From Patescibacteria group bacterium (lineage in GTDB: Bacteria; Patescibacteriota; Minisyncoccia; Phycocordibacterales; PALSA-1337): 64,000 nt of DNA. Made by a program: the position numbers and the translations under genes. Positions 39,052 through 48,537 of the stretch are shown here, one piece after another. Positions within the stretch are counted from its first letter, which is position 1; each line of letters begins with the position of its first letter. The notes under the pieces were generated by a model. It did no database searches. It was given only the letters and a program-made list of their open reading frames with translations, and had not been told where the DNA came from. The stretch is taken from contig JBBTTD010000002.1 in NCBI GenBank assembly GCA_038064415.1, positions 8,865 through 72,864 of the forward strand, in the 5' to 3' direction.

Positions 39052-40140
39052 TTAATTAATATTTTTGGACAAAGAATCCGCTAAATGACTGAGGCTGTGT
39101 TTTTTGACAAATCGCCCCAAAGAAACCTGCGCTGTTTTTCTATTTTCTTCACTGTAGTCCAGGAGTTTCTTGATTTTTTCTGTAAGCTCATCAATATCAC
39201 ATTGTTTGAATATAAAATCATCACTAATCTGTCCGACAAGATTATCATTTGACGCGACAATAAGACAGCCGCAAGCAATTGATTCAAATATGGTCTTATC
39301 ATACATCCCACTTGCTGATAGATTTACAAATATCTCATGCGCCGAGTATATTTCAGGAGTTTTATAGTTTGGCACTCCATTGAAAAATTTCACATCTAGA
39401 GCATATTTTAGTACATGCTCTTTTATTGATTGATAATATTCCCTATCTGACTCTATAGGATCTCCATACATTGACGCAGTATATTCTATACCCTGATCAG
39501 TAATTTTTTTAAGGGCCTCAACGAGAAAATCTGGGCGTTTGGATGGAGAAAAACGAGCCAGAAAAAGTATTGATCTTTTCCCTCTAGCTATTTCAGTTTT
39601 TGGCTTAAAATTTTCCAGATCCACTCCTACTGGCATCAGCACAGTTTTCTTATATCTAGCGGTATATGAAAACCTTGAAGTACAGAATATTTTATTACAA
39701 AAAAATGATGCAAAGTCCGTTAAAAATGACCCCGCGTAGTGATTTCTCCACATGGTCACTTTTTTACCAATTAACCTCCAGATTCCGCCACCCATGATCA
39801 AATACTCCTGATTCATATGCACAAACACAACATCATAATTTTTCCGCTCCTGCCAAATATATTTATAAAATCTCAAAATATATTGAATCCTAGACTTTCT
39901 ATTTTCCTTACCGAGCGACAATACTTTTACATTTGAAGGTAATTCATAGGCACCTTTTTCCAAGCAAATAACCACAATAGACTCAAAATGCTTGGCAAAT
40001 TCAATTATCCATCTATGAAAAAAGCCAAGGATTGGGTCATTTTTATCAACTTTCTGGGTAACAATTAATAAACGCATGAAGTTAGTATAAGTCACAAAGC
40101 GCAAGTTGCAAGCGTACCCGAAATCACAATAACTGTTCAA
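39052..40140 (-). CDS. Glycosyltransferase family 4 (GT-B)
   Basis: 362 aa with a GT4 C-terminal domain (ILFLARFSPSKRPDFLVEAL...FESIACGCLIVASN). Confidence 0.75.
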   Translation of the reverse strand: MNSYCDFGYACNLRFVTYTNFMRLLIVTQKVDKNDPILGFFHRWIIEFAKHFESIVVICLEKGAYELPSNVKVLSLGKENRKSRIQYILRFYKYIWQERKNYDVVFVHMNQEYLIMGGGIWRLIGKKVTMWRNHYAGSFLTDFASFFCNKIFCTSRFSYTARYKKTVLMPVGVDLENFKPKTEIARGKRSILFLARFSPSKRPDFLVEALKKITDQGIEYTASMYGDPIESDREYYQSIKEHVLKYALDVKFFNGVPNYKTPEIYSAHEIFVNLSASGMYDKTIFESIACGCLIVASNDNLVGQISDDFIFKQCDIDELTEKIKKLLDYSEENRKTAQVSLGRFVKKHSLSHLADSLSKNIN

Positions 40141-41209
40141 TTACTTTCTTAGCAACTTCTTCCGGGCTATATCCCACAACTTTAGCCCCAACCTCCATTG
40201 CTACTCCAACATCCGTTGAAACAATTTCACAACCAGCTGCCTTGGCCTCTACAAGTGTCATACCATAACCTTCATATAGTGAGGTGTTTAGAAACAGATC
40301 CGCGGTCTTATAATAAGAAACTAGGACATTTTTATCCGCCCACTGTTCAAAAATAACATTCTCATTTAAGCTAAGTCTTGAGACTAGAGATTTGAGATTA
40401 GAAATTTGAGATCCATTACCAACAATAATTAACCCAGTTTTGGGAATCTCTTCAACCACTTTTTTCCAAGATTGAATTGCCAATGCAATGTTTTTTTCTT
40501 TTTCAATCCTTGAGGCCATTAAGACTATCTGACTAAACTGTGGGTATTTTTTGTGGAGATCAGCACCATCAATAATTGGCGCAGACTTTATCCAATCAGT
40601 ATTAACTGCAATTGGTCGTACTTCAATTTTTGAATCTTCTATCTTCAAAACATCCTTTAGATAATTCTTAATTCTTTGAGAAACTACACGAATTCTATCA
40701 GCTTTAAAAATATAGTTTGTGGCCATAAATTTCCTAATCTTATTACTAAAAGAATAAGTGAAGTATGGACTTCCGATATCAGTGTGAATTTGAATTTCAA
40801 GAGGTAAATCAAACTTATTTTTCAAAGAAACTCCGGCCATGGCAGTGAGGAAAGGATCCTGACAAGTAATATTTGTTATCCTCCTTCCTTGAACAATAAA
40901 TCGCCCTAATCGAATGGCGTCAAATGGATACAGAAACTTTGATCGTGATTGTGTTGAATATGCCCAGCAATTGGAAGACACGACAACTTCTTTACTCCTA
41001 AAATCCCTCTTTGAAAAAGATGGTGCCAAAGGTGAAGAATCTTTATCAAAAACAATTATGTGAACTTCTGCCCAATCTTTTGCATACTCAACCTGACGCG
41101 CCCGAACAGTACTTTCTTTTTCAAAGATCTTCCTATCAGTTGAAATCATTAATAATTTTCTTGATTGCACAATGATAATATAGTTACAACTTTTTCCACA
41201 CTTCCACAA
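40124..41209 (-). CDS. Glycosyltransferase family 4 (GT-B)
   Basis: 361 aa. VLMASRIEKEKNIALAI...SLYEGYGMTLVEAKAAGCEIVSTDVG. Confidence 0.75.
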   Translation of the reverse strand: MWKCGKSCNYIIIVQSRKLLMISTDRKIFEKESTVRARQVEYAKDWAEVHIIVFDKDSSPLAPSFSKRDFRSKEVVVSSNCWAYSTQSRSKFLYPFDAIRLGRFIVQGRRITNITCQDPFLTAMAGVSLKNKFDLPLEIQIHTDIGSPYFTYSFSNKIRKFMATNYIFKADRIRVVSQRIKNYLKDVLKIEDSKIEVRPIAVNTDWIKSAPIIDGADLHKKYPQFSQIVLMASRIEKEKNIALAIQSWKKVVEEIPKTGLIIVGNGSQISNLKSLVSRLSLNENVIFEQWADKNVLVSYYKTADLFLNTSLYEGYGMTLVEAKAAGCEIVSTDVGVAMEVGAKVVGYSPEEVAKKVIEQLL

Positions 41210-42203
41210 TCTCCCCCGCTATCTCCCTCCACGAATGCTTAAACTCTATCTTGGATACCTTTTCCGCTTGCAACGCTCTATTTTTCGGATCAGCCATCCA
41301 AACTATCTTTTCTATAATGTCCTTCTTATTTAGTGGATCAATGATAACGCCTGCATTGTTAATTCGATGAGCTATGCCAGTCTCTTTTGTAACAATAAAT
41401 GGCACGCCGACTCTTATAGAATCAAATATCATATTGGGGCTTATATCGCCGATTGAAGCCAATATCACGCAATATGACCTGCGCATCTTTTCTAGAAAAC
41501 TATCGTAAACTGCCTTACCTGTATCTAACTTAATGTCAGGAAAACCACATCTTTTTACTTCCTTTCTTGCTTCTTCAAAAGCCACTTTTAAAAAATCAGT
41601 ATTCTTCCACTTCAAAGATCTCGTCGCGGCGATAAAATTTCTATTTTCGGGTTTAATCTGAATCAATCTGTCTTCGCAATAATTTTCAATCACGCAAGTT
41701 TTTTCTTTTTTAAGTTCATAAGTATCAGTAAATATTTCGCGTTGCCATTCTGTGCTAAATATTACTTTTGAAGCACCACGCAAAGCGTTGCCTCCAAACA
41801 CAAAAACTGTTCTCTCTTTTTTGGTCAATTTATTGATACTTGTCCTATAAAAATTTTTAAACGGCACCATGTCTCCAGTCCGTTCAATGTAAGTTTCCCA
41901 GAGAAAGTCACCTCCAGTGCGAATCATGTATTTTTTATGCATCATTCTGCAAGCCCACATCGTCGGGACAGCCGCGCTCCAAGTGTCTAAAACCAAAACT
42001 AAATCCGCATTCCAGCCCTTTCTAATAATCTTTGTAAAATACAGAACATGCCTCAAAAACGCTGGAAATGCTCTTTCCCAGCGGTATGCGGCGACTTTTA
42101 CCTCATGACCCTGTGATTTCCAGGTTTCATACAGATTTCTGGCATATTGGGCCGGTCCCCCTATATCAGGTGGGTATATACCTGAAGCGATTAAAATCTT
42201 CAT
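41184..42203 (-). CDS. Glycosyltransferase, GT-B fold (GT4-like)
   Basis: 339 aa. N-terminus KILIASGIYPPDIGGPAQYARNL is typical of GT4. Confidence 0.6.
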   Translation of the reverse strand: MKILIASGIYPPDIGGPAQYARNLYETWKSQGHEVKVAAYRWERAFPAFLRHVLYFTKIIRKGWNADLVLVLDTWSAAVPTMWACRMMHKKYMIRTGGDFLWETYIERTGDMVPFKNFYRTSINKLTKKERTVFVFGGNALRGASKVIFSTEWQREIFTDTYELKKEKTCVIENYCEDRLIQIKPENRNFIAATRSLKWKNTDFLKVAFEEARKEVKRCGFPDIKLDTGKAVYDSFLEKMRRSYCVILASIGDISPNMIFDSIRVGVPFIVTKETGIAHRINNAGVIIDPLNKKDIIEKIVWMADPKNRALQAEKVSKIEFKHSWREIAGEIVEVWKKL

Positions 42204-42245
42204 ATATTAAGTCTACCATTATTTTTACTTCTATAAAATAAAAAA

Positions 42246-43364
42246 TTAAAGAACTTCTCTCATGTACGGCTCTATCTTCACCGTTCCTTTAACATTCTTA
42301 AAAGCATTATCACGATCTTTCTGTGTTTTGAAAATATATAGACCATAGCCACCAAAGCCCGCTCCGACATATTTTTTGCCTATTGATTTATTTATCGTCG
42401 GCAATTTTTCCATACCCTCTTTAATTTGCGCTTTGTAACTCAAGTTTACGGCTTGGGCAAGTTTAAGTATATTTTTCTTGTATGCCGCGTCTCTAGCAAT
42501 TTTTCCAGCTTTTTCAATCAAATTATAATCCCTCTTATTATCAAGATGGTCAGTAGATAGATGCCTCTTACCCGTCCAATAAATAAGCATCTTTCCGAGT
42601 AGCCAATCAGAATTAAAGTGAGCGTCAAGTATGGGTCTGCTACCTGATTTCCAGACGCAAAATCCTGTATGAAACATAATGGCGGGATCTTGCCATCCAA
42701 CACCCATATCTAGCTCTGACTTCACTCCGCTTTTTATCTGAAGTAACGCATACGCCGCGGACCCGCCAAGACCAGCGCCTTTTTCATAGGGCCATTCTCC
42801 TAGAGAAACAAGTGGGGAAATCGCGCAGTTAACAATATAAGCGCCAGGTCGAGCCAAACTAGGGACATCGAGCCAACCTCCACCAAAATCCACACGAAGT
42901 GGAACTTTCTGCGCGTCTTTAATTGAAGCAAGGACTGAAGTCGTGGATACGCGTTTCACAATATTTCTTTTAGGTAAAACCACAAGCGTCATGCCATATC
43001 TATCACAAAATTCTTTTTTCAATTTAACATTTTTATCATCATCAGTGACAGCAAGAATATCTGGATGCAATTCTTTTATGTGACCCTCAAAATCAAAGAC
43101 TGGGTGAAGGTCTGAACTTGTAACGACACGATCAATACATCTTATGGAGCTTAGGATAATTTGTTTATTGTCTTGCGGAATTGAAGGCGGGCGTTTCTTC
43201 GCAAGCAATAACACTTCATCACTCGCAAAACAAACAGTAAGGTGGTCACCGAGAGCTTTGGCATCTTCAAAAAATTGCACATGTCCGGCATGTAAAATAT
43301 CATAACAGCCAGAGACAAAGACCTTCTTGCCGCTCTTTTGTCTTGTTTTCTTACTTTTTCTCAT
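42246..43364 (-). CDS. Bifunctional protein: N-terminal HIGH-family nucleotidyltransferase (cytidylyltransferase/RfaE-domain-II-like) plus C-terminal GHMP sugar kinase
   Basis: N-terminal ~140 aa contain KVFVSGCYDILHAGHVQFF (the HxGH nucleotidyltransferase motif). The C-terminal ~230 aa carry the GHMP motif GAGLGGSAAYA. Confidence 0.65.
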   Translation of the reverse strand: MRKSKKTRQKSGKKVFVSGCYDILHAGHVQFFEDAKALGDHLTVCFASDEVLLLAKKRPPSIPQDNKQIILSSIRCIDRVVTSSDLHPVFDFEGHIKELHPDILAVTDDDKNVKLKKEFCDRYGMTLVVLPKRNIVKRVSTTSVLASIKDAQKVPLRVDFGGGWLDVPSLARPGAYIVNCAISPLVSLGEWPYEKGAGLGGSAAYALLQIKSGVKSELDMGVGWQDPAIMFHTGFCVWKSGSRPILDAHFNSDWLLGKMLIYWTGKRHLSTDHLDNKRDYNLIEKAGKIARDAAYKKNILKLAQAVNLSYKAQIKEGMEKLPTINKSIGKKYVGAGFGGYGLYIFKTQKDRDNAFKNVKGTVKIEPYMREVL

Positions 43365-43394
43365 TTTCCTAATTTAACACTTTTTTCTCACTTG

Positions 43395-44597
43395 TCAAAA
43401 GTGAGTCCCCTCAAACACCCCCCTCATCTCCTCAACCACTCTTTCCCACCCATATTTCTCTTTTACCATCTTCCTGGCGTTTTCAACTATATAATTCCTA
43501 GATTCCTTGTCTTTAATCAACTTTTCAACTTTTCTCGCGATACTTTTTGGATTATTAATTTCACAAAACAATCCAGTCTGTCCGTCAACCAAAAAATCAG
43601 GAATACCACCAATGGGCGTGGCAATCACTGGAATGCCAGCGGCCATGGCTTCTAAAAATGAATTGCCCAAGCCTTCTGATAAAGAAGGGCGAACGAATAT
43701 ATCGGAAATATGTAAATATCTAGGCATTTCCGCGTGCGAAACAAAACCAAGAAATTTAACTCGCTCGGTCAACTTGAGCATTGAACATTGATCTTTGAGA
43801 ATTTTCTCTTGGTATCCTTGACCTAGAATGATAAACTTAACATTGGTCGGTAAATATTGAAGTGCTGAAATAATGTCACCAACCGCATTTTTTGTCACCA
43901 ATCTAGAAGTGGTAATAAGAAAAATATCTCCTTCTTTTTTGACAAGTCTATCTTTCAAATTATCGCTATCACTATTAGAAATTTTTTTGCTAAATAATTC
44001 AATATCAACTCCATTTGGCACGACCACAATTGGACATACTGCTCCCATTTTCTTTGACCAATCCGCGAGAAAATTTGAAATAGCTTGAATATAGTCCGCG
44101 CAGGCAAATATTTTTCTAAACAGAAAATTAAACATGCCGTCGCGGATTTCAAAATTGTCTCCCTCTTGAATTGTTAAGACCACTGGAATTTTTGGATTTT
44201 TTTTCTTGAATAGAAACGCCGCAAAACCTGCGTAACTTGCCATAATTGGCCAAACTAGATCATAATGATTTTTCTTATGTAATTTTACAGCTTTGAGATA
44301 TGCAAAAAATGGAAAAAGTAATTTAGAAAGTGGAAAGATTCTTGAACTTTTTGTATTGCTTCCAAGCCAAGGCAAACCTACTCTATATACATTAACATTC
44401 CCAATCCTTTCAAATTCGGGAGCATGTTTGCGTAAAGTAATCATATCAAACTCAATTTCTCGCGGAGAAATCCTATCAGTAATTTCCTTGACCGCAACTT
44501 CAGCCCCGCCGATAAAACGGGGGTAATAAACTAGAGAAAAAATAAGGATTCGGCGCATGGTTCTATTCAAATAGGTTAGCGTGATTGCCGATATCAA
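43395..44597 (-). CDS. Glycosyltransferase family 4 (GT-B)
   Basis: 400 aa. RILIFSLVYYPRFIGGAEVAVKEI...PSLSEGLGNSFLEAMAAGIPVIATPIGG. Confidence 0.8.
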   Translation of the reverse strand: MISAITLTYLNRTMRRILIFSLVYYPRFIGGAEVAVKEITDRISPREIEFDMITLRKHAPEFERIGNVNVYRVGLPWLGSNTKSSRIFPLSKLLFPFFAYLKAVKLHKKNHYDLVWPIMASYAGFAAFLFKKKNPKIPVVLTIQEGDNFEIRDGMFNFLFRKIFACADYIQAISNFLADWSKKMGAVCPIVVVPNGVDIELFSKKISNSDSDNLKDRLVKKEGDIFLITTSRLVTKNAVGDIISALQYLPTNVKFIILGQGYQEKILKDQCSMLKLTERVKFLGFVSHAEMPRYLHISDIFVRPSLSEGLGNSFLEAMAAGIPVIATPIGGIPDFLVDGQTGLFCEINNPKSIARKVEKLIKDKESRNYIVENARKMVKEKYGWERVVEEMRGVFEGTHF

Positions 44598-44879
44598 TTA
44601 ACTATTCAAATCTGCCATAAGTGCTTCAACTGTTTTAAAAGTTCTTTCCCGTCCATTCTTCATCGCCTTAAGTTCATCCAAAATCATTGCTTCATATTCA
44701 GGAGTATAACCATTAACAGTTCTTGCTATAAATGGAATGGATTTGGTTCTAATCACTTGTGTCAAAAAAAGTTTCACCGCAGACGACAAATCAGTACCTA
44801 GTTTCTTGAGAACAGCTTGTGCTTGGGATTTGGTCTTACTATCTATGCGAAGTTGAATTGTTGTTTGTATTGTAGACAT
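44598..44879 (-). CDS. RelB/DinJ-family type II antitoxin (orphan; no cognate toxin adjacent)
   Basis: 93 aa. IQLRIDSKTKSQAQAVLKKLGTDLSSAVKLFLTQVIRTKSIPF matches the DinJ/RelB ribbon-helix-helix antitoxin pattern. Confidence 0.75.
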   Translation of the reverse strand: MSTIQTTIQLRIDSKTKSQAQAVLKKLGTDLSSAVKLFLTQVIRTKSIPFIARTVNGYTPEYEAMILDELKAMKNGRERTFKTVEALMADLNS

Positions 44880-44936
44880 AATAGACTATGATAGCAAATG
44901 TAATGACATTGTCAATACACAAAATAACCCTATAAT

Positions 44937-46949
44937 TCAATCATCCTTCAACACCCGCTTCAACACCTCCTCCGGCACTTCTTTTGGAGGCCGTGAAAAA
45001 TTTCCCTTTTGATCATCCTCTACTACTTTAGGTATTTTGGGAATCACCTTCAAATTTTTTAAGGAATTGAGTGGCTGAAAATCATCATTATTCTGTCTGC
45101 CTGGAATATTTTGAGCTAGAGACGCTTTCGGACTGTCAGCTTGAGTTGTCGTGGGTGATTTTTCTTGAACCCCGATTTCAGACTTTGGTTGAGAAAAATT
45201 TCGCGCCACGCCGAAATTTGACTGACTCTTCTGCAGCGCGGCCGCTAGAGCACTCTTTAAGTCGCCGAGATTTTTCTGTGTCGGAACTTTCGGATCATTT
45301 TTTGGAGAAATTGGCTTTGATGCAAGTGATGATAAGGAAACGGGTTTAATCGGTTGAGCAGAAGTCTGAGCTGGACGAGGCGCAACAGGCACAGAATGAT
45401 CTGACCTCTTCGCAGGCGCCATGGAGACATTGTCTGCCTGTTGCGCTGAGGAATTGCTAGGTTTTGCATCAACAGGCGAATTTTTAATACTTGAAGATGG
45501 TGTTGAATTTGAGACTGGTTTTGGTGCTGGTGGTTGCGCTGATTTTGGAACATTTGCCAATACTGGCGCGGGTGCAGGTGTAGCAGATTTTTGGACATTT
45601 GTGGCAACAGATGCAGGGGCAGGGGCAGCCACCTTCTTTGGAATCACGATCGGCTCATGGAACTTTATAACTTGCGCCTCAACTTCAGCCCTTGGTCTTG
45701 AGAATTGTTCTCGTGAGGACGCGATAATTTCATTCATGTACGAAGTATCTGGATGCGGAATCGGCGGCAAAGTTTTCGCGGAAAATGGCGACGAGCTCAA
45801 ACCGTCAATCATTAACTTTAGGTAAATTTGCGCGAAGCCAAGATTTACCAGATCCTCAATCGTAAAAGCTGGAGCAAATTCTTGTTCCAAAGCTTCGGCG
45901 TCAGTCGCGCCGACTCGAAAAGCAATCATTGTCCCGACGTTACCAAAAACCGCTGGACGAACCATTTCATCCATCTGTTCAATGTATTGATGGGCAATCG
46001 TCAAATTGAGTTTGTATTTTCTGGCTTCAGAAAGAATGTCGGCAAAAGAGGCATTGGCGAAGTTCTGAAATTCGTCAACAAAAAGATAAAAGTTCGGCAA
46101 CATCTGCATGACACGATCTGACACATCGGCACGCGACATGGCGGCCAGATAAATTTTGGTGACTAAAAGTCCACCGAGAAGCTTCATATTCTCATCACCA
46201 ATTCTCCCTTTTGAAAGGTTGATGATGATGATTTTTCTACTATCCATTGCTTCACGAAAATCAAAAGATGAGACGGGTTGGCCAATCATATTGCGAATCA
46301 ATGGATTGGCGGTAAATTGACCAACTTTGTTTTGAATTGCCGGAACCGCCTCTGCCGCCTGACGTTCGGTATAACTGGCAAATTCTTTAGTCCAAAATGC
46401 TTTAACCGACGGATCTTGAATGTGAGATATGATTTCTTTGCGATATTCTTTATCAGAAAGCATGCGATTGACGCCCAACAGAGTCGTGCCGGGCGCTTCG
46501 AGTAGAGCCAGCAAAGTGTTGGTCAGAATATATTCCATGCGAGCCGACCATGCGTCAACCCAAATCTTTTTGAAAGTACTCATCAATCCTGAAACCACAA
46601 GGTGGCGTTTTGTTTGATCCACGCTTTCAAGGACATTAAAAGAAATCGGATAGTCAACATCAAACGGCGCGATGTAAATGACATCTTTGATACGCTCCTT
46701 TGGAACATATTCAAGCATCAGATCGGCAGTTTTGCCGTGCGGATCAATAAAACACATACCTTCGCCATTTTGGATATCTTGGACGGCCATATTCTCCAGC
46801 ATGGTTGATTTTCCCATGCCGGTTTTACCAATCACATAGACATGTTTGGTACGATCTTTGGCTTTAATGCCAAATCTTACGCGTTTGTTGCGAGCGTCAG
46901 TTTCGGCAAAATAAGTTATGCGATTTTCGTCAATAGGTACAGGGGCCAT
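44937..46949 (-). CDS. Soluble VirD4/TraD/TraG-like (type IV coupling protein family) P-loop ATPase with a ~250-aa disordered Pro/Ala/Ser-rich C-terminal tail
   Basis: Walker A VIGKTGMGKST, FIDPHG (the DPxG coupling-protein motif), and Walker B LFVDEFQNF. No N-terminal TM helices. The C-terminal low-complexity tail is PKKVAAPAPASVATNV... Confidence 0.55.
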   Translation of the reverse strand: MAPVPIDENRITYFAETDARNKRVRFGIKAKDRTKHVYVIGKTGMGKSTMLENMAVQDIQNGEGMCFIDPHGKTADLMLEYVPKERIKDVIYIAPFDVDYPISFNVLESVDQTKRHLVVSGLMSTFKKIWVDAWSARMEYILTNTLLALLEAPGTTLLGVNRMLSDKEYRKEIISHIQDPSVKAFWTKEFASYTERQAAEAVPAIQNKVGQFTANPLIRNMIGQPVSSFDFREAMDSRKIIIINLSKGRIGDENMKLLGGLLVTKIYLAAMSRADVSDRVMQMLPNFYLFVDEFQNFANASFADILSEARKYKLNLTIAHQYIEQMDEMVRPAVFGNVGTMIAFRVGATDAEALEQEFAPAFTIEDLVNLGFAQIYLKLMIDGLSSSPFSAKTLPPIPHPDTSYMNEIIASSREQFSRPRAEVEAQVIKFHEPIVIPKKVAAPAPASVATNVQKSATPAPAPVLANVPKSAQPPAPKPVSNSTPSSSIKNSPVDAKPSNSSAQQADNVSMAPAKRSDHSVPVAPRPAQTSAQPIKPVSLSSLASKPISPKNDPKVPTQKNLGDLKSALAAALQKSQSNFGVARNFSQPKSEIGVQEKSPTTTQADSPKASLAQNIPGRQNNDDFQPLNSLKNLKVIPKIPKVVEDDQKGNFSRPPKEVPEEVLKRVLKDD

Positions 46950-46969
46950 ATGAGGACATTATACCACTT

Positions 46970-48259
46970 TCAATTCTCCACCTCCAACGCCGCTTTATCA
47001 TAAACACTTCCCGCGTTCCAGAGCATCCAACTAGTCAGGCCAGAATCATAAGTCGCTTGAATTTGGGAACGAATCATTTCTGGAGTGTAAATCGCGCCCA
47101 GATCAAAAGCTTGTAACCAAGGCCTTAATTTATTCTTGTCATATATTTCTCTTGTATACGATTGGGATGTCGTGGACGCGATCGGATCTAAGGCGAAATA
47201 AAGCAAGCGCGTGGTCGTCGCCTCGGCTTTACTAATGGCTTTATCCATTGAATATTTAACCACTTCATAAGGATATTGAGCCGGCTTGGCATGACCATTA
47301 AATCCATAACCAAAATGAGATGGGTAGACCATTGGCGAAACATAGTCAAAATATTTCAAGGCATATTCCAGAATTTGACCAATACCCAAATCTCCTTCCG
47401 CGCTAGTAGTTAAACCAAATAAATCAGCTGAAATTGGGATGCTGGTAGAAGCAAACTGGTCGTGAATATACACAAAAAATTCTTTCATTATTTCAGATCT
47501 TGATTTTCCGTCACTCCAAGAGTACGAAATATTGTCAAGATTTCCATCCGACGGAAAACGAACATAATCAAAATTCAGTTCGTCAAAACCTATGGCATAT
47601 GATTCATTACCAATTGCCGCTAAATAATCCCAAACGGGTTTTGCTCCAGGATCTAGCCATCTCACGCCTTTGTAATCTTTCCAAATCTCTCCAGTTTTCG
47701 TCTTGACCGCCCATTCTGGATGGATATTTATCAGATATGAATCCTGAAATGCCGAAATGCGCGCGATAACATAAACGCCTTTTTTATGGAGTGCGCCGAT
47801 AAATTGTCTGACATCTGGAATTCGCGATTCCGCCGCGCCAGTCGCGATCAATTCAGGACTGCTAACTGAAAAACTAATACGACCAGTGTAATCTTTAACA
47901 TCAATTACCACGGCATTAATTTCAGTATTATCAACTAAATCAAACAAATGATCTCTAGACTTCTTGCTACCACTCGCCCAACTGGTCATATAAACTCCTT
48001 TAAGTGGATTTGGCGTGGGTAAATGCGTAACGACAAATATCGGCGTTGATGACGCGCCGATTAAATCCGTGGAAGTCGCTTGATTGATCATCATAACCGA
48101 AGTCGTAGCGAGACTAATATTTGTCCCAATATTGGAATAAGTGATTTGACCGACGGGAAAAAACCACGCTAGAGAAAAAGTAATCGCGATAATGAAAAAC
48201 GCGCCGATGATAACCGTCGCCGTACGTGTGGCTCCAAAGTCGCGCCAAAATCTCATCAT
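46970..48259 (-). CDS. Putative membrane-anchored glycoside hydrolase-like protein (GHL/TIM-barrel family)
   Basis: 429 aa with an N-terminal TM anchor. Motifs AVVIDVKDYTGRISF, GVYVIARISAFQD, WLDPGAKPVWDY, GFDELNFDYVRFPSDGN resemble the GHL (hypothetical glycosyl hydrolase) families. Confidence 0.45.
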   Translation of the reverse strand: MMRFWRDFGATRTATVIIGAFFIIAITFSLAWFFPVGQITYSNIGTNISLATTSVMMINQATSTDLIGASSTPIFVVTHLPTPNPLKGVYMTSWASGSKKSRDHLFDLVDNTEINAVVIDVKDYTGRISFSVSSPELIATGAAESRIPDVRQFIGALHKKGVYVIARISAFQDSYLINIHPEWAVKTKTGEIWKDYKGVRWLDPGAKPVWDYLAAIGNESYAIGFDELNFDYVRFPSDGNLDNISYSWSDGKSRSEIMKEFFVYIHDQFASTSIPISADLFGLTTSAEGDLGIGQILEYALKYFDYVSPMVYPSHFGYGFNGHAKPAQYPYEVVKYSMDKAISKAEATTTRLLYFALDPIASTTSQSYTREIYDKNKLRPWLQAFDLGAIYTPEMIRSQIQATYDSGLTSWMLWNAGSVYDKAALEVEN

Positions 48260-48468
48260 GGATTCATTGATGAATTATTTTTATGCTCAACATAAGGGAC
48301 CTGACTTAGAGAATTTTGTCTGGCTGGGGGTTTGAGTCTAAACGCGATAATCAATATTATGGCGCCAAAAACCAAAGCCAAAATTTTATCCAACGCCAAA
48401 GGAAAACCAACATACAGAAAAGCCATAATCGCGATTCCGATGATGATTAGAACTTGTCTTTTTGACAT
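48256..48468 (-). CDS. Small membrane protein (2 TM), translationally coupled to the downstream hydrolase-like gene
   Basis: Only the 3-prime portion of the 238-aa track ORF is plausible: MSKRQVLIIIGIAIMAFLYVGFPLALDKILALVFGAIILIIAFRLKPP... (ATG at 48468). There is a 4-nt overlap with the next gene's start. Confidence 0.4.
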   Translation of the reverse strand: MSKRQVLIIIGIAIMAFLYVGFPLALDKILALVFGAIILIIAFRLKPPARQNSLSQVPYVEHKNNSSMNP

Positions 48469-48537
48469 GTTGATATTATAGCCCAAAGTGATACGATAAC
48501 ACCAGAAATCTGTTGGCAACAACAGTGGAAAGGTACT

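Noticed and set aside
43365-43394. 7-bp hairpin CTCACTT-GTCAA-AAGTGAG between two minus-strand genes as a terminator
   Set aside because: The T-tract lies on the wrong side of the hairpin for the minus-strand transcript, and on the plus strand no gene precedes it. It is probably incidental.
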